Assembly: GCA_043797265.1 (NCBI GenBank)
Contig: JAZDPV010000005.1
Coordinates: forward strand, 1 to 27,972
From: an archaeon
GTDB lineage: Archaea; Nanobdellota; Nanobdellia; Pacearchaeales; GW2011-AR1
Direction of reading: 5' to 3'
DNA: 27,972 nucleotides
The stretch's first letter is position 1, and the number at the start of each line of letters is the position of its first letter. A program made the position numbers and the translations under genes. Shown in pieces: positions 17,606 to 25,005 of the stretch. The notes under the pieces were generated by a model, which was given only the letters and a program-made list of their open reading frames with translations, did no database searches and was not told the DNA's origin.

Positions 17606-17686
17606 ATGTGTGCTGTTTGGAAAGGCGACGATGATGACGACGAGGATGATAGCGATGGCGATGGCGATGTCGACTTTGATGAGTAG
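17606..17686 (+). CDS. Putative 26-aa highly acidic peptide
   Basis: MCAVWKGDDDDDEDDSDGDGDVDFDE; TTTATAT at about 17557, GGAGG SD at 17594, T-rich tract downstream. Confidence 0.5.
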   Translation: MCAVWKGDDDDDEDDSDGDGDVDFDE

Positions 17687-17843
17687 TTAGAAAAGTTATT
17701 TTATTTTTTAATTATGTTTGGGATTAAATATTTAAATGGTGTTTTGTTAATATATTTATGATATTTAAATTTTCGGAGGCAGGTTTTTTTAGATTATGCA
17801 ATGGCGAAGCCCTTGCGAATAAAAAATCTGGTGATTTTTTATT

Positions 17844-18239
17844 ATGATAGAGGTGTTAGTGACTGCGATTTTGGTTGTGATTTTTGTCATAGGGGTTTTT
17901 GTCGTGATGGTTGCGAGGGAGCGGAAGGAGCTGGTGAGCAGGAAGGGAAAATATCCCGAGGGGCATTTCATCGCGTTGGGTTTGATTTTTGGGATTTGTG
18001 TTGGTTTGCCGTTGGGGGTTATTGTCGGCAATGTCGCGTTTGGTCCGTCGATTGGTTTGGCGCTTGGGTTGTTGATTGGGGCGTTGTTTGAGGACAAGTT
18101 TAGGAAAGAGGGAAGAATTAGGGGGTTGACGAAAAAAGAGAGGGTTGAGGAGAAGAATCTTTTGAAGTTGATTCTTGTTGTTGTGCTTAGTATTTTGGTT
18201 GTCGTTTCGGCTGTGGCTGTTGTTCTTGGATTTAGTTAA
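17844..18239 (+). CDS. Membrane protein (about 4 TM, Gly-rich helices)
   Basis: Hydrophobic segments with a GxxxG pattern. Confidence 0.7.
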   Translation: MIEVLVTAILVVIFVIGVFVVMVARERKELVSRKGKYPEGHFIALGLIFGICVGLPLGVIVGNVAFGPSIGLALGLLIGALFEDKFRKEGRIRGLTKKERVEEKNLLKLILVVVLSILVVVSAVAVVLGFS

Positions 18240-18266
18240 AATAAAAAATAAAATGTTGGTTTAGAG

Positions 18267-18659
18267 TTAATCCTCGTCGTCTGTGTCTTCGTCGGTTATT
18301 TCTGGCGAATCGTCTTCGCCGGATTCATCTTCAGAGTCTTCTGTCCCTGAAGGTTTTGTCGTGTGACCTTTTCTCGGACTTGAGCTGCCGGATGGTGCTT
18401 GCGAAGAGTTGTCTCTTTGAACCATTGGTCGGGCCTCGCTAACAGTTAGTGAGCGACCGTCTATTTCTTTTTGGTGCATTTCCGAGAGTGCTTTTTGAGC
18501 TTCTTTATCGTCTGCAATTGTTACAAAACCGAAACCTTTTGATCTACCCGAGTATTTGTCTGTGATTAAAGTTGCTTCTTCGACGTCGTATGACGAGAAA
18601 AGTTTTTTTAATCCGCTTTGATCGATGCTCCATGGCAGATTTCCTACATATAACTTCAT
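18267..18659 (-). CDS. RRM-domain RNA-binding protein with acidic disordered tail
   Basis: RNP2 KLYVGNL, RNP1 SKGFGFV, IDGRSLTVSEARP; SD GGAGG upstream. Confidence 0.95.
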   Translation of the reverse strand: MKLYVGNLPWSIDQSGLKKLFSSYDVEEATLITDKYSGRSKGFGFVTIADDKEAQKALSEMHQKEIDGRSLTVSEARPMVQRDNSSQAPSGSSSPRKGHTTKPSGTEDSEDESGEDDSPEITDEDTDDED

Positions 18660-18745
18660 TGTTTCCTCCTGATTAATTTAATATTAGAAATGTCATTTAC
18701 TTGTCTTGTCCTTACTTGATTTTTTAGGAAGAGGGGTATATAAAG

Positions 18746-19861
18746 TTAATGGATGAATTCGAGGATGATGCCGGCGACGAAGATGAGCGAGAGGATGATT
18801 ATGATTATCCAGTTGATTGGCATGCGGATTTCTGGGTCTTTGCCGGAGCGGGTTGTTTGTTTTGCGCGTTTATTCATGATGATTATCAGGATGCCGGTTA
18901 GTCCGCCGGAGATGACGCCGCCGATACCGAGGACCGAGGAGAAGCCGAAAAATTTGAATTTTGTGATTAGGATGTAGAGGATGAGCGGGACGAAGGAGGT
19001 GAAGAATATGTTTATTTTTTTGTTTGTTTTGATGTCGAATTTGAATGTGTCGCGGAGAGAGAAGGAGAGGACGAAGTAGGAAGTGAGCATTGTGAAGATT
19101 CCGAGGAGCGTCATTAGTGGACCGAGAGACAGGGTTGCGATTTGGTCGATGTTTTTGCCGAGAGTCCCGACGAATCTTGCGGAGAAGAGGGCGTAGAGAA
19201 TTATCGGGATTGTGCTTCCGATGATGATTGCTTTTTTGAGGAGTTTTTCTTGGCCTTTTATTTCTTGGCGAAGTTCTGGGATTGAAGTGAAGCCGAGGAG
19301 GGCGAACATAATTATGCCGATTGGGAGGAAGAAGTTTGGAGTGTTCCATGCCAGGAGGTTTGGTGTTTGGATTTGCGGGAGGAATCTAATGAAGAAACAT
19401 AGGACGATTATGATGATTGCGAGGACGCCCCATGTTTCGATTTTTTTGAGACCGCGAAGCCCTTCTTTGAGCAGGAGCGTCATGATGAGCCAGAAGCTGA
19501 TGCCGAGTACGAGGGGGTTGATGTTGCCGGGGAGTATTTTTGACAGAGATTCGCCTTCGCCGATTAAGTAGGCGAGGAGGGCGGAGTAGATTCCAAATAG
19601 CATTGCGAAGAACATTGCGCGTCTGCCCCATGGTCCGAGATATTTGTTGGCGTAGCCGGAGAGTTGGTGCCGACCTTTTGTTCTCAGGGTGATTTCGCCG
19701 AGGCAGAGATTGATGAATATCATTATTGCGCCGATGATGATTAGCCAGAAAAGTCCGACGAGAAAACCGGATTTTGCGAAGACATATGGGAGTCCGAGGA
19801 TTCCGGCTCCGATGATTGTGCCGGTTAGAGTGAATGTTGTTGCCCAGAATTTTTTGTTCAT
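18746..19861 (-). CDS. Amino-acid permease (TyrP/Mtr-like aromatic amino acid transporter family)
   Basis: GTIIGAGILGLP TM1 motif; about 11 TM segments. Confidence 0.85.
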   Translation of the reverse strand: MNKKFWATTFTLTGTIIGAGILGLPYVFAKSGFLVGLFWLIIIGAIMIFINLCLGEITLRTKGRHQLSGYANKYLGPWGRRAMFFAMLFGIYSALLAYLIGEGESLSKILPGNINPLVLGISFWLIMTLLLKEGLRGLKKIETWGVLAIIIIVLCFFIRFLPQIQTPNLLAWNTPNFFLPIGIIMFALLGFTSIPELRQEIKGQEKLLKKAIIIGSTIPIILYALFSARFVGTLGKNIDQIATLSLGPLMTLLGIFTMLTSYFVLSFSLRDTFKFDIKTNKKINIFFTSFVPLILYILITKFKFFGFSSVLGIGGVISGGLTGILIIIMNKRAKQTTRSGKDPEIRMPINWIIIIILSLIFVAGIILEFIH

Positions 19862-19897
19862 TTGTTTTTACGATGTTATTGTTTTTAAGAGTTTAGG

Positions 19898-19916
19898 ATA
19901 GATAATATTATAAATT
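19898..19916 (+). promoter_or_regulatory. TATA-type tRNA promoter, copy 1
   Basis: ATAGATAATATTATAAATT, identical to 20119-20137. Confidence 0.6.
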
Positions 19917-19988
19917 CGTTTTGGGTTTGAAAAGTAGAGCCCATAGTTTAAAGTAACGGCGAAGCCGTTTCATGAAAACTATGGGTAT

Positions 19989-20116
19989 GAGCCCATAGTT
20001 TAATGGATAGAACATCAGGTTTCGGCCCTGAAGATTGCTCGCAAAATGCATTTCGCAATCAAATTTATTTTTATTTTAGATTGCTCGAAGCGTTTTGCTC
20101 GGAGTTCGAGTCCCCC
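19989..20116 (+). pseudogene. Interrupted tRNA-Arg(UCG) copy: 5' 47 nt identical to the intact gene, hairpin insert, variant T-arm, no 3' acceptor strand
   Basis: 19989-20035 equals the first 47 nt of the tRNA; insert 20036-20100; GGAGTTCGAGTCCCCC at 20101-20116. Confidence 0.8.
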
Positions 20117-20118
20117 TT

Positions 20119-20137
20119 ATAGATAATATTATAAATT
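20119..20137 (+). promoter_or_regulatory. TATA-type tRNA promoter, copy 2
   Basis: 19-nt exact repeat of 19898-19916, at nearly the same spacing to the leader and tRNA. Confidence 0.6.
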
Positions 20138-20211
20138 ATCTTTCTTGAGAATATTTGTGAGCCCATAGTTTAAAGTAACATTAAAATGTTTCATGAAAAC
20201 TACGGACTTGT

Positions 20212-20283
20212 GAGCCCATAGTTTAATGGATAGAACATCAGGTTTCGGCCCTGAAGATGGGAGTTCGATTCTTCCTGGGCTCG
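20212..20283 (+). tRNA. tRNA-Arg (anticodon UCG), intact, no encoded CCA
   Basis: Cloverleaf GAGCCCA/TGGGCTC, D-arm GTTT/GAAC, anticodon arm TCAGG-TTTCGGC-CCTGA, T-arm GGGAG-TTCGATT-CTTCC. Confidence 0.95.
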
Positions 20284-20304
20284 TGTCGAACTCGTATTCA
20301 ATTT

Positions 20305-20394
20305 GATGGGAGTTCTGATTCGCAATTTGCATTTCGCGAAAATAATATTTTGAATAGTTTTCGCTCGAAGCGAATTGCTCACTTCCTGGGTTCG
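20305..20394 (+). repeat. Duplicated tRNA-Arg 3' end interrupted in the T-loop by a hairpin insert
   Basis: GATGGGAGTTC (20305-20315) ... CTTCCTGGGTTCG (20382-20394), flanking hairpin 20322-20378. Confidence 0.8.
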
Positions 20395-20414
20395 TTCTGG
20401 AGTGATAGAAATGT

Positions 20415-20966
20415 ATGAATAAAAAAAACAGAGAAGAAAGGGCAGAAAAATTTTTGCCGTTGATTCATTATATTTTGCGGGAGCATGGGATTAGAAGAGG
20501 GAATCCTTATAGAGATAATTATTTTGAAGCAGGACTTGTCGGATTAGCAAAAGCTTTGAATGGTTATGACGGGCGCGTAACTTTTTTGACTTACGCATAT
20601 AGTTGTATTGAGAATGAAGTTTTAAATGAGGCGGTGAAATATTGGAGAGGCAAAGAGAAGATGTGGAGGACTGTGAGAGGTTTGGATTGTTTTTTGTGGG
20701 GGATTGTTGCAGATGGGGGAGATAGTCCTTATGATAAGGTAGAGAGAGAGGAAGATATATCTTTATTGATGAGGCTTGTTGATGAGTTGCCTTCTCGGAG
20801 CAGAAAGATTATTAGGTTGCGTTGTGAGGGGATGACTTTTAATGAGATTGCTGAAGTTGTTGGCCGTGATTCCAAGAAAGTTGGAGGGCATGCTATCCAA
20901 TATTCTTATGCGAGGTCGTTGAAGAAGTTGAGGAGGATGTTTGAGAGAGAGGTTGGTGTCCATTAG
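20415..20966 (+). CDS. Bacterial-type sigma-70 family protein (regions 2 and 4)
   Basis: Region 2-like DNYFEAGLVGLAKALNGYD..TFLTYAYSCIENEV; region 4-like LPSRSRKIIRLRCEGMTFNEIAEVVG...RSLKKLR. Confidence 0.85.
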   Translation: MNKKNREERAEKFLPLIHYILREHGIRRGNPYRDNYFEAGLVGLAKALNGYDGRVTFLTYAYSCIENEVLNEAVKYWRGKEKMWRTVRGLDCFLWGIVADGGDSPYDKVEREEDISLLMRLVDELPSRSRKIIRLRCEGMTFNEIAEVVGRDSKKVGGHAIQYSYARSLKKLRRMFEREVGVH

Positions 20967-21019
20967 TTTTAAATATGGGGATGATATATTATTTGGGTTA
21001 AGGAAATGAGTTTTGGAAA

Positions 21020-21574
21020 TTGGGGGTGTCGGTAGTGGAGAGGAATGTTGTTATTGGGAAGAGGGTGCCGAGGGATTTTTTTGTTGTGAAGGGTGTTGGC
21101 GAGAGTGACATCGCGGTGCATGCGGGTTCTTATCATTTGGCGTTGAAGGATGCGGGGATTGAGATGTGCAATATTATGACTTATTCTTCGATTTTGCCGA
21201 GGATAGCGAAGGAAGTGCCGCGGCCCAATTCGATTGTTCATGGTTCGGTAATGGAAACGATTTCGGCGGTTGCGAATTGCGAGAAGGGCGGGCGGGCGAG
21301 CGCGGGAATTATTTTTGGGTGGCTTTATGATAGAGAGACGGGAGAGAAATTTGGCGGGTTGGTTTGCGAGTATAGTGGAGATAAAAGTTTCGAGGGTGCG
21401 GAGGATGATTTGAGAGCGAGTTTGGATGAGCTTTATGTTAATGGTTTTGAGGAGAGGTTTGAGTTGAGAGATGTTGTTGTTAATTTGAAATCGGTTGAGC
21501 CGAAGAAAAAGTTTGGGACGGCGTTGGTCGCGATTTGTTTTGTGAATTATGAGGTGCCCTTGATTAGCGGTTAG
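21020..21574 (+). CDS. pdaD: Pyruvoyl-dependent arginine decarboxylase
   Basis: GSYHLALKDAGIEMCNIMTY-SS-ILP self-cleavage motif, GLVCEY; the true start may be GTG 21035. Confidence 0.9.
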   Translation: MGVSVVERNVVIGKRVPRDFFVVKGVGESDIAVHAGSYHLALKDAGIEMCNIMTYSSILPRIAKEVPRPNSIVHGSVMETISAVANCEKGGRASAGIIFGWLYDRETGEKFGGLVCEYSGDKSFEGAEDDLRASLDELYVNGFEERFELRDVVVNLKSVEPKKKFGTALVAICFVNYEVPLISG

Positions 21575-21591
21575 CTTTTAGCTATTAGCTG
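21564..21591 (+). repeat. Heptamer tandem repeat TTAGCNN x4
   Basis: ttagcgg ttagctt ttagcta ttagctg, overlapping the pdaD stop codon. Confidence 0.7.
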
Positions 21592-21637
21592 TTGGGATGG
21601 GAGGGGCGCTTCGCGAGGGTGGGAGAGGTTGGGGGGT

Positions 21638-21710
21638 GGGGAAGGGGAAAATTAGAGAACCTTCGGTTCTCGTATCTTTGGCGGCTTCGCCGCCTCGCGC
21701 GGGGCGCGAG
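21638..21710 (+). repeat. Dispersed three-hairpin repeat, copy D
   Basis: Near-identical to 12128-12203; also preceded by GGCGCTTCGCGAGGGTGGG. Confidence 0.9.
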
Positions 21711-21748
21711 TTGGGTAGGTTTATAAAATTATTTTTTGTTTATTTGTT

Positions 21749-22495
21749 ATGAAGTTGGTTGATGTGCATGCGCATTTGGAGAGTTCGAAGTTTGATGGAG
21801 ATTTAGATGAGGTTATTAGGAGATTTGTCGACGCTGGCGGAAGGGTTGTAATTAATAGTGGGACTTCGCCCGAAAGAAATAGAGAGTGTTTGGAGTTGGC
21901 TCGGAGGTATGATTGCGTTCGGGCGAGTTTTGGTTTTTATCCTGTTGGGAATTTTTCTAAGGATGTTGATAAGGAGATTGAGTGGATTCGTGAGCGTTTG
22001 AGCGAGTGTGTTGCCGTCGGAGAAATTGGTTTGGATTTTGCCGAAGGTCGTGGCGATATGGAAAGACAAGTGAAATTATTTAAGAAGATGCTGGGTTTTG
22101 CGAAGGAGGTTGGCTTGCCGGTTGTGATTCATTCGAGGAAGGCGGAGGCGGAGGCGATTGAGATTTTGGAGGAGTTTGGGATGAAGAAGGTTGTGATGCA
22201 TTGTTTTTGCGGGCGTAAGAGTTTGATTAAGAGGTGTGTTGAGAATGGTTGGAGTTTTTCGGTGCCGCCGGCGATTATGAGATGGGATAATTTTAGGATG
22301 CTGGTTGAGAGCGTACCGATTGAGCAGTTGTTGACAGAGACAGATTCGCCGTATTTGTCGTCGGTGGCTGGTGAGAGAAATGAGCCGGTGAATGTTTTGG
22401 TTACTTTGAAGGAGATTGCGAGGATTAAGGGGTTGAGTGTTGAAGAAGTTAGTGAAAAGATTTGGGGGAATGCCGGGAGAATGTTTGGTTTCTAA
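21749..22495 (+). CDS. tatD: TatD family nuclease
   Basis: VDVHAHL, AVGEIGLD, PVVIHSR, VMHCF, LLTETDSPYL, RNEP. Confidence 0.95.
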   Translation: MKLVDVHAHLESSKFDGDLDEVIRRFVDAGGRVVINSGTSPERNRECLELARRYDCVRASFGFYPVGNFSKDVDKEIEWIRERLSECVAVGEIGLDFAEGRGDMERQVKLFKKMLGFAKEVGLPVVIHSRKAEAEAIEILEEFGMKKVVMHCFCGRKSLIKRCVENGWSFSVPPAIMRWDNFRMLVESVPIEQLLTETDSPYLSSVAGERNEPVNVLVTLKEIARIKGLSVEEVSEKIWGNAGRMFGF

Positions 22496-22639
22496 TTAGC
22501 AGGATAAAAAGGATGATTAGGATTTTGGTTTGATTTTGTATTTATTGACGGAATATGTTTTTGCTTCGCTGAGCTTTTGCAAAACTCGCTACGGTGCTCA
22601 CATTCCTCGTTTGGTAATGCGATGGGTGTGTGTGTGATG

Positions 22640-23485
22640 TTATTTCTTATTGATTAGTTTTTTGAGTTGTGGCCATTTGTCGGCGAGGGTTGGTTCGGCG
22701 GATTGGTAGATTATGCCGAGGGGGATTTTGCCAGATTTTGAATTATAGTCGAATTCGTCGGCGAGTTTTTCGGCGGTTTGTTTATTTTTATTATCATTTA
22801 TTTTATACATTAGTTTGTCTTTGTTGTTGGCGTCGAGGTTGAAGATGAGGCAGTCCTGGATGACTTCGACGAATGAGAAGCCGTCGTGGTTTATTGCTTT
22901 TGTGAAAGTTTCGACCATGTGCGGGATGTCGCGGGCGTTTGTTCGGGCGATGAAAGTTGCGTTTGATGCGAGGGCGAGTTTAATTGGGTTGAATGGTTTG
23001 TCTTTGACGCCGAGTGGGTTTGCTTTTGAGATGTAGTTTTGCTGGGATGTCGGGGTTGGTTGGCCGGTTGTGAGGGAGAAGGATTGGTTGTCGTGGAGGA
23101 TTAGCGTCATGTTCGGGTTGTATCTGAAAGCGTGGATGAAGTGGGCGATTCCTTCAGAGTATGCGGCACCGTCGCCAGCGAAGGTTAGGACTTTTAGATT
23201 TGGGTTGCCGAGGGTGATTCCGATTGCCGTTGGAATTGCGCGTCCATGCAAACAATAAATTCCGGAGAGATTTAGGTAGTCGAAAATTTTTGAGTTGCAG
23301 CCGATGTCTGTTGTTATGCAGAAATCTTTTTGGTCTATTTTTGATTTTGAGATTGTTTGTTTGATTGCTTCGAGAATCATGTGGTTTGGGCAGCCGGGGC
23401 ACCAGGTCACCTCGGAACTAGTTCCGATGGGGACGCTTCGCTGGTCGGTATTCGGACGCTTCGCTTGTGGGGGTTTGGGTTTCAT
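22640..23485 (-). CDS. 2-oxoacid:ferredoxin oxidoreductase, beta (TPP-binding) subunit
   Basis: TWCPGC, IGC, LHGRAIP, GDG...HDN TPP motif, LTTGQPTPT. Confidence 0.92.
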   Translation of the reverse strand: MKPKPPQAKRPNTDQRSVPIGTSSEVTWCPGCPNHMILEAIKQTISKSKIDQKDFCITTDIGCNSKIFDYLNLSGIYCLHGRAIPTAIGITLGNPNLKVLTFAGDGAAYSEGIAHFIHAFRYNPNMTLILHDNQSFSLTTGQPTPTSQQNYISKANPLGVKDKPFNPIKLALASNATFIARTNARDIPHMVETFTKAINHDGFSFVEVIQDCLIFNLDANNKDKLMYKINDNKNKQTAEKLADEFDYNSKSGKIPLGIIYQSAEPTLADKWPQLKKLINKK

Positions 23486-25005
23486 ATTGTTTCTTTTAGT
23501 AGTTTATTTAGTTCGTCGGAGCGGAAAGGTTGGCCGTTGTATTTTAAGATTTTGTTTGGGATTTTGATTCCGGTTTTTTCGCGGATTAGCCGGCCGAGTT
23601 GTCCGGTTACATTGCCTTCGATGATAATTATTTTTTTCGCGTTTTGAATTTCTTCTTTGATTTTTGGCGAGAGTGGTTTGAGATAGAGAACTTGGAGGAA
23701 TTTGGCGTCGAGGTTTTTGATTGCGTCTTTGATTGCGCCGGATGTTGAGCCCCAACCGATGATTAGGTTTTTGGAATTTTTGTTTCCGTGAATTTTTGTC
23801 ATTTCGAAGTTTTTTTCGATGTATTTTTTTATGTCGTCGTATTTTTTTAGCCGGGTGTTGGCGTTTTGTTCGGCGAGCGTGCAGGATTCGGTTGTGGTTC
23901 TGGATTTGTCGTGTTCGTAGGAAGATGCCTTGATGATTGATTGACCTGGAAGTTTTCTTGCGATTTGGATTTTTGGAGTTGGATTTGGTTTTGTCGTCGA
24001 TGAGAATTCGGATTCGGCGAGGTGCTTGTCTGAGAGGATGATTGAAAGGGTTTGGAATTTTTCGGCGAGGAATAGTGCTTCGGAAGTTTTTTCGATTGTC
24101 TCGATTGGGTTTCCTGGTGCGACGACGATTCGCGGGAATTCGCCGTGACCGGCTCGGAGCGCGACGTCGAGGTCGGCTTGTGAGGTGTAAGTTGGGACGC
24201 CGGTTGCTGGTCCGGGGCGTGATGCGAGATAAATTGTCAGCGGAATTTCTGACATTCCTTGGAGTGATAATGTTTCGCCCATTAAGTCGAATCCGCCGCC
24301 TGATGTTCCGATTAGTGTTTTTGCTCCGGCGAATGAAGCCCCAATTGCCATGTTAGCGACGGCAATTTCGTTTTCGGCCTGAAAAACTGTTAGGTTGTTT
24401 TGAATTTGGTTTTTTGCGAGTTCGTGCATCGCGTTTGTTGCTGGTGTCATGGGGTAAGCGATGTAGAGATTTATTTCGGAGTTTATTGCGCCGGTTGCTA
24501 TTGCTTGGTTTCCGGATAGAATTGTTATCTCATTGTTTAATTTTTTTAGTTGATATTTTGTTTCTTGGGAGTCGAATCCTTTTTTCGCTGAGATGATTGC
24601 CAGACTTGATTCTTTGAATTGGGATTTGATTTCGTCGTTTAGTTCTTTTAGAGGGATGCCGAGGATTTTTGTTAGTGAGCCGGCGAGTGCGACATTTAAG
24701 TTTTGCCCTTCGTTTTTGAATTTGTCGTCGGTGATTATAGTGCTGTTTTTCTTCAGGTCTTGCTTGTGGATTTTAATTGTTAGTTCGTCGAGGGCAACTA
24801 AAATGTCAGTTTTTGATTCGTGGGATTCGATTTGTTCGTCGGAGATTGTCAGGGCGTTGAAGTTGTGGCCGCTGCGGATTAGGGATTGGTAGTCGCGGTA
24901 GTTGAAAGTGAAATAGCCGAGTTTGGCGAGGACGTTTGAGAGGATTTCGGAGACCTTGTTGATTCCTTGTCCTGCTTTGCCGCCGATTAGGATTGTGAGT
25001 TTCAT
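23482..25005 (-). CDS. 2-oxoacid:ferredoxin oxidoreductase, alpha subunit (fused gamma-alpha type)
   Basis: IGGKAGQGI, YPMTPA, QAENEIA, TSGGGF, RPGPATGVPT, GHGEFP, GWGST. Confidence 0.92.
   Translation of the reverse strand: MKLTILIGGKAGQGINKVSEILSNVLAKLGYFTFNYRDYQSLIRSGHNFNALTISDEQIESHESKTDILVALDELTIKIHKQDLKKNSTIITDDKFKNEGQNLNVALAGSLTKILGIPLKELNDEIKSQFKESSLAIISAKKGFDSQETKYQLKKLNNEITILSGNQAIATGAINSEINLYIAYPMTPATNAMHELAKNQIQNNLTVFQAENEIAVANMAIGASFAGAKTLIGTSGGGFDLMGETLSLQGMSEIPLTIYLASRPGPATGVPTYTSQADLDVALRAGHGEFPRIVVAPGNPIETIEKTSEALFLAEKFQTLSIILSDKHLAESEFSSTTKPNPTPKIQIARKLPGQSIIKASSYEHDKSRTTTESCTLAEQNANTRLKKYDDIKKYIEKNFEMTKIHGNKNSKNLIIGWGSTSGAIKDAIKNLDAKFLQVLYLKPLSPKIKEEIQNAKKIIIIEGNVTGQLGRLIREKTGIKIPNKILKYNGQPFRSDELNKLLKETI

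Noticed and set aside
20129-20382. Minus-strand ORFs 20129-20332 and 20200-20382
   Set aside because: Antisense to the tRNA-Arg gene and its repeats.
20212-20394. Classical integrated virus or island bounded by attL/attR
   Set aside because: The duplicated 3' end is only about 20 nt from the tRNA and no integrase is present; no second att copy was seen downstream of the sigma gene.
8099-21710. CRISPR array
   Set aside because: Repeats are either tandem without unique spacers or dispersed; no cas genes.
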